Below, one piece after another: positions 19,892 to 28,125 of a stretch of DNA of 45,151 bases. How positions within the stretch are numbered: the stretch's first letter is position 1; the number at the start of each line of letters is the position of its first letter. The position numbers were made by a program, and so were the translations under genes. A model generated the notes under the pieces. The model ran no database searches and was not told where the DNA came from. It saw only the letters and a program-made list of their open reading frames with translations. The stretch covers positions 529,865-575,015 of the forward strand of contig CAZFRF010000001.1 of NCBI GenBank assembly GCA_964521295.1, given 5' to 3'. Origin of the DNA: an uncultured Gammaproteobacteria bacterium (GTDB lineage: Bacteria; Patescibacteriota; Microgenomatia; Levybacterales; UBA12049).

Positions 19892-19900
19892 TGCTATAAT
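19892..19900 (+). promoter_or_regulatory. extended -10 promoter for ispH; near-leaderless
   Basis: TGcTATAAT (19892-19900), 9 nt, then ATG at 19910. No SD. Confidence 0.4.
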
Positions 19901-19909
19901 CATTCTTCT

Positions 19910-20959
19910 ATGAGCCAACTTAAAGAAAGATTTGTCAAGCGATCTGCTCCTCGAATTATTGAATCATCTTTTACGGTAAAAGATGTAGTTATTGCTGGGG
20001 ATCTGGGACCCTGTGGAGGGGTTAGGCAAGCTATTGAAACAACTCAAGCTATTTTAGGAATTGTAAACGAAAGACAACCGGTTTATGCTAACAGACAACC
20101 GGTTCACAACAATGTTATTACTAGAGAATTTGAAGCAGCAGGGCTAATCATCCAACCTGATTTAACAGCTTATAAACCAGGCGATGTGGTAATTTTATCT
20201 GCACATGGAACACCTCCGTCCGAAGTAGAAGGTCTTCGTCAAAATGGCGTCTTAGTAGTAAATACAGAATGCCAATTAGTAGCAAGAGATCGAAGAGCAG
20301 CGGAAAAAGCAGTAAGCCAAGGAGACACAGTGCTATACGTTGGCGTTAGTAATCATCCTGAACCAAAAGCAGTAACTTACGACCTACCACAAGACAGAGT
20401 AGTATTTATGGATACGCAACAAAAACCACAAGATATAAAACTACCAACAGATAGACAAGTCAGAGTAATAAGCCAAACAACAGTTTCCGCAAGAGGAACC
20501 CGAGAAACGGTTGATAGGTTAAGAATATTAAATCCCGACGCTTCTATTGCGGATTTAATTGGTATCTGTGGAGCAACAGACTTTAGGCAAGATGCATTAT
20601 TTGAATTACTTGACCCAAGACTAGCAATTGAATATTTACTCGTCCAGGGATCACCTACGAGTCACAACACCGCTGAGTTAACTCAAATAGGTAAACTTAA
20701 ATTGGGAGAAAGACGGGTTACTCAAATTGACCAAGTAAGTGACATAGATCCAAAGGTTTTCCAAGGGATTACTAAAGTTGGGTTTACAGCAGGAGCATCA
20801 GTTCTTGATGAGTACTCAGCACAAACTCTAGTGTATTTTCAAGACCAAGGATCACGCTTAACTTTTTTAACAGGTAGAGAAAAAGATTCTATTTTTACTG
20901 CTCCAAAAGCGGATATCGAAGCAGTAAGACAATATTTTCAAGTAAACTATGCAAGTTAA
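19910..20959 (+). CDS. ispH: 4-hydroxy-3-methylbut-2-enyl diphosphate reductase (IspH/LytB), divergent, with an N-terminal extension of about 25 aa
   Basis: 349 aa. The three cluster Cys are in context (GPCGGV, TECQLV, ICGATDFRQ). Also SAHG, NHPE, SQTT, SPTSHN and TAGAS, aligned by eye to E. coli IspH. Confidence 0.8.
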   Translation: MSQLKERFVKRSAPRIIESSFTVKDVVIAGDLGPCGGVRQAIETTQAILGIVNERQPVYANRQPVHNNVITREFEAAGLIIQPDLTAYKPGDVVILSAHGTPPSEVEGLRQNGVLVVNTECQLVARDRRAAEKAVSQGDTVLYVGVSNHPEPKAVTYDLPQDRVVFMDTQQKPQDIKLPTDRQVRVISQTTVSARGTRETVDRLRILNPDASIADLIGICGATDFRQDALFELLDPRLAIEYLLVQGSPTSHNTAELTQIGKLKLGERRVTQIDQVSDIDPKVFQGITKVGFTAGASVLDEYSAQTLVYFQDQGSRLTFLTGREKDSIFTAPKADIEAVRQYFQVNYAS

Positions 20960-21497
20960 TTCTTATTATAAACAAAAACAAATAATAGCTAGGGTTGATA
21001 AAAAAGGTAACGTTATTGGTAAAATTGAAAAATGGGAAGCGCATAAAAAGGGCATCCTACACAAAGCCTTAACGATTGCACTTATTTATAAAGATCACTT
21101 AATTATTCAACACAGAAAACACGTTGCCTTTGATGGAGTATTTGATATTACCTCCTCTTCCCATCAGTTATTTATTGAAGGCAAATTACAAACTACCCTT
21201 GAAGCAACATATGACTGCTTAAAAAGAGAATGGAATTTAGAAAAAAAAGATTTAAAATATACCCCAAAAAACTTAGGCGCAATTTACTATAAAGCTAAAG
21301 ACAGTAAAAGTATTTTTACAGAACATGAATATTGTGAAATTTTGGTTTCAGAGGTCAAAAAATTACCAGTTACAAATTTTGATTTTGCCTATGGATATTC
21401 GCTTATTAAAAAGGAAGAGCTAAAAAACAAGAAATCTAGAATTTATGGAAATCTAGCCCCTTGGGTTATTGCCGCACTAAAGCAAGACCTACTTTAA
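20949..21497 (+). CDS. Nudix-fold protein resembling type-1 isopentenyl-diphosphate isomerase (Idi), with the catalytic Cys position apparently Ser
   Basis: 182 aa. By-eye alignment to E. coli Idi: AHKKGILHKA (His25/His32 equivalents), ITSSSHQ versus NSVCGHP, EHEYCEI versus ENEVCPV, APWVI versus SPWMV. 11-nt overlap with ispH. Confidence 0.5.
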   Translation: MQVNSYYKQKQIIARVDKKGNVIGKIEKWEAHKKGILHKALTIALIYKDHLIIQHRKHVAFDGVFDITSSSHQLFIEGKLQTTLEATYDCLKREWNLEKKDLKYTPKNLGAIYYKAKDSKSIFTEHEYCEILVSEVKKLPVTNFDFAYGYSLIKKEELKNKKSRIYGNLAPWVIAALKQDLL

Positions 21498-21548
21498 GCC
21501 ACCATAAAAATATTCAAATCTTTACTTAAAAATTAACACTATGAAGAA

Positions 21549-21986
21549 TTACCTCTTTGGAGATTGTCTCTTTCTTCTGGATTTTCCACCCATTCCAACT
21601 TTTCTTCTTTCTCTAACTCTTGCGTCTCTAGTTAAAAATCCTGCTTTTTTAAGAATCGCTTTATTTTTTTCATCAACATTAGATAATGCTCTAGCTAAAG
21701 CATGAACTACTGCTTCTAATTGTCCTTTTTGTCCTCCACCTGCTACCTTTATCGTGAAGGCATATTTTTCTAAATTATTTGTAATTTTTAATGGCTCCAA
21801 TAATTTAGCATTTAAAACTGCACCGTTGAAATACTCAAGTGCATTTTTTCCATTTACAATTAATTCACCTTTTTTAACTTTTAATTCAGGTAAATTAATA
21901 ACTTCCTTATAAAGCCTAAGTCGAGCGACTGATTCTTTTCGTGTACCTTTTGCGAATATATAATTTTTCTTAATATCGTTTGCCAT
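21549..21986 (-). CDS. rpsI: 30S ribosomal protein S9
   Basis: 145 aa. GGGQKGQLEAVVHALARAL and the C-terminal RRKRQSPKR tail. Follows rplM. Confidence 0.93.
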   Translation of the reverse strand: MANDIKKNYIFAKGTRKESVARLRLYKEVINLPELKVKKGELIVNGKNALEYFNGAVLNAKLLEPLKITNNLEKYAFTIKVAGGGQKGQLEAVVHALARALSNVDEKNKAILKKAGFLTRDARVRERRKVGMGGKSRRKRQSPKR

Positions 21987-21988
21987 AA

Positions 21989-22411
21989 TTATTTTGTAAA
22001 TTTATCAGAAAATCTATGCTCTGCATTTGCAAAAACATGAAGTCTGCCTAACATATCCTTTTTGAGCCTATTGTCAGGCAACATTCCAGAGACAGCATGA
22101 ATTATAACATCTTGTGGCTTTCTTTGTCTTAATTCAAGCAAGGTTTCTTCTTTAAATCCACCTGGAAAACCTGAATGTCTGTAATATTTTTTAGTTGTTT
22201 CTTTTTTACCAGTAACCTTAACTGTTGCTGCGTTAATAATAACAACATTGTCTCCCAAATCTAAGTTTCTAACAAAATTTGACTTTGCTTTTCCCATTAA
22301 AAGCAATGCTACCTCAGATGCAAGCCTTCCTAAGATTTTATTATTTGCATCAATTAAATGCCATGCTCTTTGAATTTCTTTTGCTTTAGTTGATTTTGTA
22401 TATGTATTCAT
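21989..22411 (-). CDS. rplM: 50S ribosomal protein L13
   Basis: 140 aa. WHLIDANNKILGRLAS, KYYRHSGFPGG. Confidence 0.93.
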   Translation of the reverse strand: MNTYTKSTKAKEIQRAWHLIDANNKILGRLASEVALLLMGKAKSNFVRNLDLGDNVVIINAATVKVTGKKETTKKYYRHSGFPGGFKEETLLELRQRKPQDVIIHAVSGMLPDNRLKKDMLGRLHVFANAEHRFSDKFTK

Positions 22412-22899
22412 TATTTCTTTTTTGTCTCTTTCTTTTTAACTTCTTTTTTAACTGGTTTCTTAGCTACTACCTTTTTAGCTGGCTTTACTGCTTTTTCTTC
22501 TTTCTTCTCTTTATTTTTAACTGGTTCTACAACAGCAACAGCTTTTGCCATTTCTACCCACTCCAACATTACTTCTTGCGATTGATCTCCAAGCCTTGTT
22601 CCCATTCTAACAATTCTTGTATATCCACCTTTTCTATCCTTAAATCTTGGCGCAACATCGGTAATGAATTTTTCAAAAGCATTTGGATAAATACTTTGAG
22701 AAACTATTCTCATAGCAATATTTCCACCCTTTAAAGCCTTTGTAACCAATTTCTCAGCCTCAGGCTTGATTGCTTTAGCTTTTGCTTCAGATAAAACAAT
22801 TCTTTCCTTTAAAATAAGTGACGAAATTAAGCTTCTAAAAAGAGCTTTTCTTTCATTTTTACTTCTCCCAAATTTTCTTCCGTAAACTTGTTTTCTCAT
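22411..22899 (-). CDS. rplQ: 50S ribosomal protein L17 with a Lys-rich C-terminal extension
   Basis: 162 aa. GRKFGRSKNERKALFRSL and GGYTRIVRMGTRLGD, then a K/E/V-rich tail of about 45 aa. Confidence 0.9.
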   Translation of the reverse strand: MRKQVYGRKFGRSKNERKALFRSLISSLILKERIVLSEAKAKAIKPEAEKLVTKALKGGNIAMRIVSQSIYPNAFEKFITDVAPRFKDRKGGYTRIVRMGTRLGDQSQEVMLEWVEMAKAVAVVEPVKNKEKKEEKAVKPAKKVVAKKPVKKEVKKKETKKK

Positions 22900-22900
22900 A

Positions 22901-22956
22901 TAAATAAAAAAATCTTAAATCTCAAACTCTGAAATAATTTTTGAGACTTAAGATTT
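22901..22956 (-). terminator. long hairpin plus U-tract between rpoA and rplQ (terminator or attenuator)
   Basis: Plus-strand arms AATCTTAAATCTCAAA (22911-22926) and TTTGAGACTTAAGATT (22940-22955) form about 15 bp with one mismatch. On the minus strand the hairpin is followed by TTTTTTTATTTAT, then the rplQ ATG (22899). Confidence 0.55.
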
Positions 22957-22975
22957 GAGATCCTAGAATACTAAA

Positions 22976-23899
22976 TTAGCTTTGTAAGCTAATACCTTTT
23001 TCTTTTAACTTATCTTCAATAGCGTTAATAGATTTTCCACCCATGTTTCTCATGGAAATTAATTCTTTTCTTGGTGTATCTAGTAATTGCCCAATTGTTT
23101 CAATTCCACCATTTCTTAGGCTATTATAAATTCTTGTGGGAAGATCTAATTCATCAATTGTTAATTTTAATACTTCTTCTGCAATTCCAGGATGAGCTGC
23201 TGCTGTTTCGGTTGCTGTTACGGCCTTTGGTTCATAAATTTGCGTAAAAGATGCTGCTAAAATTCTTGCTGCTTCGTCCAATGCTTCCCTTGGGTGTACT
23301 ACTCCATTTGTCCAAATCTTTAAGGTTAATTTATCTAAATTAGTTTGTCTTCCAACACGAGTTGCTGAAACTTCTGGTGTTACTCTTCTAATTGGAGTAA
23401 AGATTGCATCTACTGGCATAACGCCTAATGTAGAAATTTTCCTATCTTCTGCTAATGTATAGCCCATTCCTTTTTCTACAGTTAATTCCATTTCAAACTT
23501 ACCCTTTTTATCTGAAAGAAAACCAATATAATGATCTTTATTTACTACTTCTACATCTTCTGGGAGTTCTAAATCAGCTGCGGTAATTTCTTTTTCTCCT
23601 TTTACAGAAAGCTTAACTACACTTTGCTCTTTAGAATTTAAAAGTCTTAAATTAAGACCCTTGATATTTAAAAGAAGGTCTACGATATTTTCCTTAAGCC
23701 CAGGAATTGTAGAGAATTTATGCTTAGCCCCATTAATTTTTACTGATGTAACAGCTGCACCAGAAATAGAAACCATTAATACTCTTCTAAGAGCTTGACC
23801 TAATGTATGGCCATAACCTGGCTCTAAAGGCTCAATAACGAATTCTCCGTATTCCGGTGTAACGTTTATTTCTTTAATTTTAAATGTTGACTCGACCAT
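22976..23899 (-). CDS. rpoA: DNA-directed RNA polymerase subunit alpha
   Basis: 307 aa. FVIEPLEPGYGHTLGQALRRVL and the C-terminal domain LDLPTRIYNSLRNGGIETIGQL. Confidence 0.95.
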   Translation of the reverse strand: MVESTFKIKEINVTPEYGEFVIEPLEPGYGHTLGQALRRVLMVSISGAAVTSVKINGAKHKFSTIPGLKENIVDLLLNIKGLNLRLLNSKEQSVVKLSVKGEKEITAADLELPEDVEVVNKDHYIGFLSDKKGKFEMELTVEKGMGYTLAEDRKISTLGVMPVDAIFTPIRRVTPEVSATRVGRQTNLDKLTLKIWTNGVVHPREALDEAARILAASFTQIYEPKAVTATETAAAHPGIAEEVLKLTIDELDLPTRIYNSLRNGGIETIGQLLDTPRKELISMRNMGGKSINAIEDKLKEKGISLQS

Positions 23900-23916
23900 A
23901 GTTTACTATTTTACCA

Positions 23917-24519
23917 TTATCTTGAGTAATATTCAATAATTAATTGCAAATCAAAAGGAACCTGCAAATCTTCACTCTTTGGGAGCCTAACTAGCTTCCC
24001 AACTGAACCTTTCTTATTTAAAAAAGGTGCTACAACTGCTTCGTCATTTAAGAGCTCCCTAACTTTTGCATTGCCTTGCATCTTTGGTGAAAGACTAATT
24101 ACATCGTCAATTTTAACACTATATGATGGGACACTTAAGGTCTTACCATTAACTAAAACATGACCATGTCCAACAAATTGTCTTGCCATGTATCTTGTCT
24201 TCGCAAAACCCAATCTATAAACAACATTATCAAGTCTTGTTTCTAGAGCTGAGATAATTAAATCTTTAGTATCTCCCTTTTGTCTTCTTACTGATTGCAC
24301 AAGCTTTTTAAATTGTTTTTCCAAAAGACCATAAGTTGTCTTAGCTTTTTGTTTTTCTCTTAACTGAAGTCCATATTCAGAAAGTCTCTTTTTTCTCTTT
24401 TTACCATGAATACCAGGAGGAGTATTAAGTCTCCTCATTAAACTATTAGAAGTTTTATCTAAAAGATTAACTCCTTCTTTTCTAAGTAATCTGTGTTTTG
24501 GTCCAGTATATCTTGCCAT
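23917..24519 (-). CDS. rpsD: 30S ribosomal protein S4
   Basis: 200 aa. [21 protein letters not shown], and the S4 domain RLDNVVYRLGFA. Confidence 0.95.
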   Translation of the reverse strand: MARYTGPKHRLLRKEGVNLLDKTSNSLMRRLNTPPGIHGKKRKKRLSEYGLQLREKQKAKTTYGLLEKQFKKLVQSVRRQKGDTKDLIISALETRLDNVVYRLGFAKTRYMARQFVGHGHVLVNGKTLSVPSYSVKIDDVISLSPKMQGNAKVRELLNDEAVVAPFLNKKGSVGKLVRLPKSEDLQVPFDLQLIIEYYSR

Positions 24520-24926
24520 TATATTCTCCTCTTTTTCTCTGCCCTAGGTCCATTGTGTGGAATAGGCGTAACATCAGCAATCATAGAAATTGAAAGCCCT
24601 GCGGCCTTAATAGCCCTTAAAGCTGCGTCTCTTCCGCTTCCAGGACCTTTAACAAATACTTCAACTGATTTCAAACCTTTTGCTAAAGCCTTCTTAGCTG
24701 CGGCTTCCATAGCGGTTGTTGCTGCAAATGGAGTAGATTTTCTTGTACCCTTAAATCCAGATGCTCCTGCACTTGACCAGGAGATAACCTCACCTTTATC
24801 GTTTGTAATGGTAACTAAAGTATTATTGAATGTTGCCATTACAAAAGCTTTTCCTTTTTCAGAAATTACTAAATTACTTTTTTTTACCTTTGCTGCTACT
24901 TTTTTGTTTGTTTGTTTTTGTGCCAT
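24519..24926 (-). CDS. rpsK: 30S ribosomal protein S11
   Basis: 135 aa. [32 protein letters not shown]. Confidence 0.95.
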   Translation of the reverse strand: MAQKQTNKKVAAKVKKSNLVISEKGKAFVMATFNNTLVTITNDKGEVISWSSAGASGFKGTRKSTPFAATTAMEAAAKKALAKGLKSVEVFVKGPGSGRDAALRAIKAAGLSISMIADVTPIPHNGPRAEKKRRI

Positions 24927-24927
24927 A

Positions 24928-25320
24928 TTACTTTGCTGCTACTGCTTTAGCTGCATCTTCCTTTTTAATTGCACCAATAGTTACTCTCTTTCCCCTCTTG
25001 GTTCTAGCATTAGATTTTGTTCTTTGTCCTCTTACCGGTAAATTTCTAGCATGTCTTACTCCTCTATATGCTCCAATTTCTCTAAGTCTTTTAATATTTC
25101 CAGAAATTTCTACTCTTAAATCTCCTTCAATTTTATAACTCTCTAATACCTTTGCGATTCTTTTTTGTTCATCATCAGTCAATGCCTTAATTCTCGTTGA
25201 AGCATCTACTTCTGCTTTTTTTAAAATACCAACAACATTTCTTCTACCAATTCCATAAAGATAGGAAAGTCCTATATCTACTCTTTTTTCATCTGGTAAG
25301 TTAATTCCTGAAATACGCAT
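24928..25320 (-). CDS. rpsM: 30S ribosomal protein S13
   Basis: 130 aa. [35 protein letters not shown]. Confidence 0.95.
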   Translation of the reverse strand: MRISGINLPDEKRVDIGLSYLYGIGRRNVVGILKKAEVDASTRIKALTDDEQKRIAKVLESYKIEGDLRVEISGNIKRLREIGAYRGVRHARNLPVRGQRTKSNARTKRGKRVTIGAIKKEDAAKAVAAK

Positions 25321-25323
25321 AAA

Positions 25324-25437
25324 TTATCCTTGTCTTTGTTTGTGTCTTGGATTATCACAAACAATTCTAAGGACTCCTCTCCTCTTTATAATTTTACATT
25401 TTGCACATCTTGGTTTAACACTTGCTTGTACTTTCAT
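25324..25437 (-). CDS. rpmJ: 50S ribosomal protein L36 (Zn-binding C+ form); absent from the supplied ORF track
   Basis: Hand translation of the minus strand gives [37 protein letters not shown]. It sits between infA and rpsM, as in the canonical order. Confidence 0.9.
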   Translation of the reverse strand: MKVQASVKPRCAKCKIIKRRGVLRIVCDNPRHKQRQG

Positions 25438-25439
25438 TT

Positions 25440-25655
25440 TTATAATCTAAAGGTAATTCTACCTTTTTCTCTGTCATATGGCGTCATTTCAACTCTAACT
25501 CTGTCGCCTGGTAGAATCTTAATAAAATGCATTCGCATTTTTCCAGATAGATGACAAAGTATTACTTGTCCATTCTCAAGTTCAACTCTAAACAAAGTAT
25601 TAGGTAAAGATTCTCTTACTATTCCCTCAACTTCTATTGATCCTTGATGAGCCAT
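25440..25655 (-). CDS. infA: translation initiation factor IF-1
   Basis: 71 aa S1-like fold. [39 protein letters not shown]. Confidence 0.95.
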   Translation of the reverse strand: MAHQGSIEVEGIVRESLPNTLFRVELENGQVILCHLSGKMRMHFIKILPGDRVRVEMTPYDREKGRITFRL

Positions 25656-25706
25656 AAAATATAAATCCTAAATCCTTATTTAGAGAATTTAGAATTCTTG
25701 AGCTTA

Positions 25707-25735
25707 ATTATAACAAATGCACTTGAAAAGAGCAA
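25707..25735 (-). promoter_or_regulatory. sigma70-type promoter for infA-rpmJ-rpsM...
   Basis: Minus strand TTGCTC (25735-25730), 17 nt spacer, TATAAT (25712-25707). Confidence 0.45.
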
Positions 25736-25747
25736 CTAATACAGGTT

Positions 25748-26119
25748 TTAACGTATTTGAGGTCTTGTCCTGTTGAAAACTAACCCTGAAACAACTTTTC
25801 TTGCCTCATGCGAATCATGAAAATTTATCCCACCCGCAGGAAAATAACTAATTTCACCAGGCTTACCATCGTGTGCTCTAGCTAAAGCGGTAAAACTACC
25901 AACCCTTACAATACTCAGTAAATCAGGCTCACCCACAACTTTTCTTAGCTCAACTGTTTCAACTAAGCTACCACTTTCAGGATCATATTTTTGCAAATAC
26001 AACCTCCCAGCCTCAATTCCATAAAACCTGGCAAAACTAGAAATAATATCTCTTGAACCACTAGCGACCTGGCTAGATGTAAGAGGAGTTTCTTTATATG
26101 GTCTTGTTTCAACTGGCAT
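25748..26119 (-). CDS. hypothetical protein (orphan inserted between map and infA; possibly a small beta-barrel or cupin-like fold)
   Basis: 123-aa ORF with no motif I can name. It has its own promoter and no SD. A hand count of 25861-25920 gives 26/60 G+C. Confidence 0.55.
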   Translation of the reverse strand: MPVETRPYKETPLTSSQVASGSRDIISSFARFYGIEAGRLYLQKYDPESGSLVETVELRKVVGEPDLLSIVRVGSFTALARAHDGKPGEISYFPAGGINFHDSHEARKVVSGLVFNRTRPQIR

Positions 26120-26130
26120 GCCAAAAGATA

Positions 26131-26159
26131 ATATAATCTAAGCTTAAAAGACTTGTCAA
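26131..26159 (-). promoter_or_regulatory. sigma70-type promoter for the 123-aa orphan (near-leaderless)
   Basis: Minus strand TTGACA (26159-26154), 17 nt spacer, TTATAT (26136-26131), 11 nt, then ATG at 26119. The -35 starts 5 nt after the map stop codon. Confidence 0.5.
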
Positions 26160-26164
26160 TAAGA

Positions 26165-26914
26165 TTAAGGAGTTAAAATTAAAGGACCGTTTTTTGTAAG
26201 AGCTAGTGTTCTCTCGTATAAGCCACCAAGACTACCATCTTTTGTTCTTAAGGTCCAACCATCACTATCCATCACAAGATCTGGTTTACCCATGTTATAA
26301 ATTACCTCTACTGCAATTACCATCCCCTCTTTAAGAAGAGGTGTTTTTTCAATTTTAGAATATAAATAACCTGGAATCTCAGGTTCTTCATGAAGCTCTT
26401 TGCCTACTCCATGACCAACCAAACTTTCAACGACCGAGTATCCATTACTTTCAACAATTCCTTCAATTGTTACCGAAATATTTCCAACCCTGTTGCCAAC
26501 AACGGCTTGCTTAATTGCTTCATTTAAAGCCAGTTTTCCAATTTTTAAAAACTTATCAGTTTCTACATCTACTTTTCCTACTATTACAGTTTCTGACATA
26601 TCAGTATGGAAACCTCCTAGGAAGACTCCGCAATCAATCCCAATAATATCTCCTTCTTTTAATTTATACTCAGAGGGTATTCCATGCACAACCGCATCAT
26701 TAGTAGAAACACAAATTGTATATTTATATCCATCAACTCGTTTAAACCCTGGTTCTCCACCTTTTTCAACAATTAACTTCTCTGCTAATCTATCTAATTC
26801 AATTTCGGAAACCCCTGGTTTTACATGCTTTACTAATTCCCACATTACCTCAGACAGAATCTTTCCGCCTTTTTGCATTATCTTTATTTCATCTTTTGTT
26901 TTTAAGTTAATCAT
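26165..26914 (-). CDS. map: type I methionine aminopeptidase
   Basis: 249 aa. VVHGIP, DCGVFLGGFHTDMSET, GHGVGKELHEEP, and EVIYN metal ligands. Confidence 0.93.
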   Translation of the reverse strand: MINLKTKDEIKIMQKGGKILSEVMWELVKHVKPGVSEIELDRLAEKLIVEKGGEPGFKRVDGYKYTICVSTNDAVVHGIPSEYKLKEGDIIGIDCGVFLGGFHTDMSETVIVGKVDVETDKFLKIGKLALNEAIKQAVVGNRVGNISVTIEGIVESNGYSVVESLVGHGVGKELHEEPEIPGYLYSKIEKTPLLKEGMVIAVEVIYNMGKPDLVMDSDGWTLRTKDGSLGGLYERTLALTKNGPLILTP

Positions 26915-27587
26915 ATTTTGCTAATTCTTTGAAAATTAAATCTATAGTCTCTTGCTCGCTTAAATTACTATTATCAACCACAAAATATCCATCCTTAACT
27001 GGATCTGATGATAATGGACGAATCTTTCTTGACCAATCTCTCTGGTCTCTAGCTTTCAACTCGTCTACAACCTCATTTAGCGACTTTATTATACCCTGTT
27101 TTGCATATTGCTGTTGCCTTCGTTTTGAACGAGTAACTAAATCAGCGGTTAAAAATATTTTTATCTTTGCCCAAGGAAACAAAATAGCTATATCTTGTCC
27201 ATCTAAAATGACAATTTTACCTTCATTTATAAATTTCAAAATTAAATCTTCTTGCATCTTGGCCAAATCCTCCCTTACCCTCGCATAAACAGCTACGACT
27301 GAAGCTCCATGAGAAACATCTGGCATTTTTATTCTTTTACTAACATCTTTACCGTTTAGATAAAGATCTTCACCTCTATAATCTATATTCATTTCTTGCA
27401 ATCCCTTTTCCACCTCATCTTCATTATGTATATCTAATCTCTTCTCTAAACAGATTAAAGCAAGACAGCGAAACAAATTACCTGAGCTTAAAAAGATTCC
27501 ATTTAATTTATTTGCAAGTGCTGTAGAAATTGTTCCTTTACCCGCCGCTGGTGGACCATCTAGAGCTATTAAATATCCCTTATTCAT
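26907..27587 (-). CDS. cmk: cytidylate kinase
   Basis: 226 aa. P-loop IALDGPPAAGKGT, GQDIAILFPWAKIKIFLTA and RSKRR are typical Cmk features. Confidence 0.8.
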   Translation of the reverse strand: MNKGYLIALDGPPAAGKGTISTALANKLNGIFLSSGNLFRCLALICLEKRLDIHNEDEVEKGLQEMNIDYRGEDLYLNGKDVSKRIKMPDVSHGASVVAVYARVREDLAKMQEDLILKFINEGKIVILDGQDIAILFPWAKIKIFLTADLVTRSKRRQQQYAKQGIIKSLNEVVDELKARDQRDWSRKIRPLSSDPVKDGYFVVDNSNLSEQETIDLIFKELAKYD

Positions 27588-27591
27588 TAAT

Positions 27592-28125
27592 TTATAAGAG
27601 GCTGCCTAAGATTTCATTATTTATTTTGTCAATTTCTCTCTCGCCATCAACTTCAATAAGTAAACCTTTTTTCTTGTAATAATCTAAAACCGGCTCAGTA
27701 ACATTATGAAAAAGGTCAATTCTTTTTCTAATTGCTTTTAAAGTTTCATCATCTCTTTCCTCTTCTCTTCCTGAAAGCCTCCATAAGGCTTCTTTATCAG
27801 AAACTCGTAAATAGACAACTCTATCAATCTGATCCTTAAATTCTTCAGCCTGATGAACCGTACGAGGAAAACCATCTAAAATATATCCACTCGCATATGC
27901 TGGTTTAGCTAAATACTCTTCAACAATTTTTAAAGTTCTTCCATCTGGAATCAAATATCCCGCATTAACTGTTTCCTTAATGTATCTACCTTCAGGGGTA
28001 TGCTCTTTTGCCATATCTCGGAAAATATGACCTGTGGAAAGATAAGGAAGTTTTAATTTTTCTGAAAGAAGATTACCTTGAGTAGATTTTCCTGCGCCTT
28101 GAATTCCAATTAATATTAATTTCAT
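27592..28125 (-). CDS. adk: adenylate kinase (short-LID form)
   Basis: 177 aa. [20 protein letters not shown]. No Cys4 or long LID insert. Confidence 0.9.
   Translation of the reverse strand: MKLILIGIQGAGKSTQGNLLSEKLKLPYLSTGHIFRDMAKEHTPEGRYIKETVNAGYLIPDGRTLKIVEEYLAKPAYASGYILDGFPRTVHQAEEFKDQIDRVVYLRVSDKEALWRLSGREEERDDETLKAIRKRIDLFHNVTEPVLDYYKKKGLLIEVDGEREIDKINNEILGSLL

Noticed and set aside
19910-20959. Higher G+C of ispH as evidence of horizontal transfer
   Set aside because: Hand counts give ispH 23/60 (20221-20280), the neighbouring synthase 15/60, and a ribosomal protein gene (rplP) 25/60. G+C tracks conservation and expression in this window, so the shift is not evidence of foreign origin.
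22390-22734. 114-aa plus-strand ORF (Phe/Leu-rich) antisense to rplQ
   Set aside because: It is a mirror image of the Lys-rich (AAA/AAG) L17 tail, so it is a compositional artefact.
24493-25041. 182-aa plus-strand ORF (and the similar 24830-25138 ORF) antisense to rpsK/rpsM
   Set aside because: It lies entirely within well-supported ribosomal protein genes on the other strand. The sequence is low-complexity and hydrophobic with no start context. This is a typical antisense open frame in AT-rich DNA.
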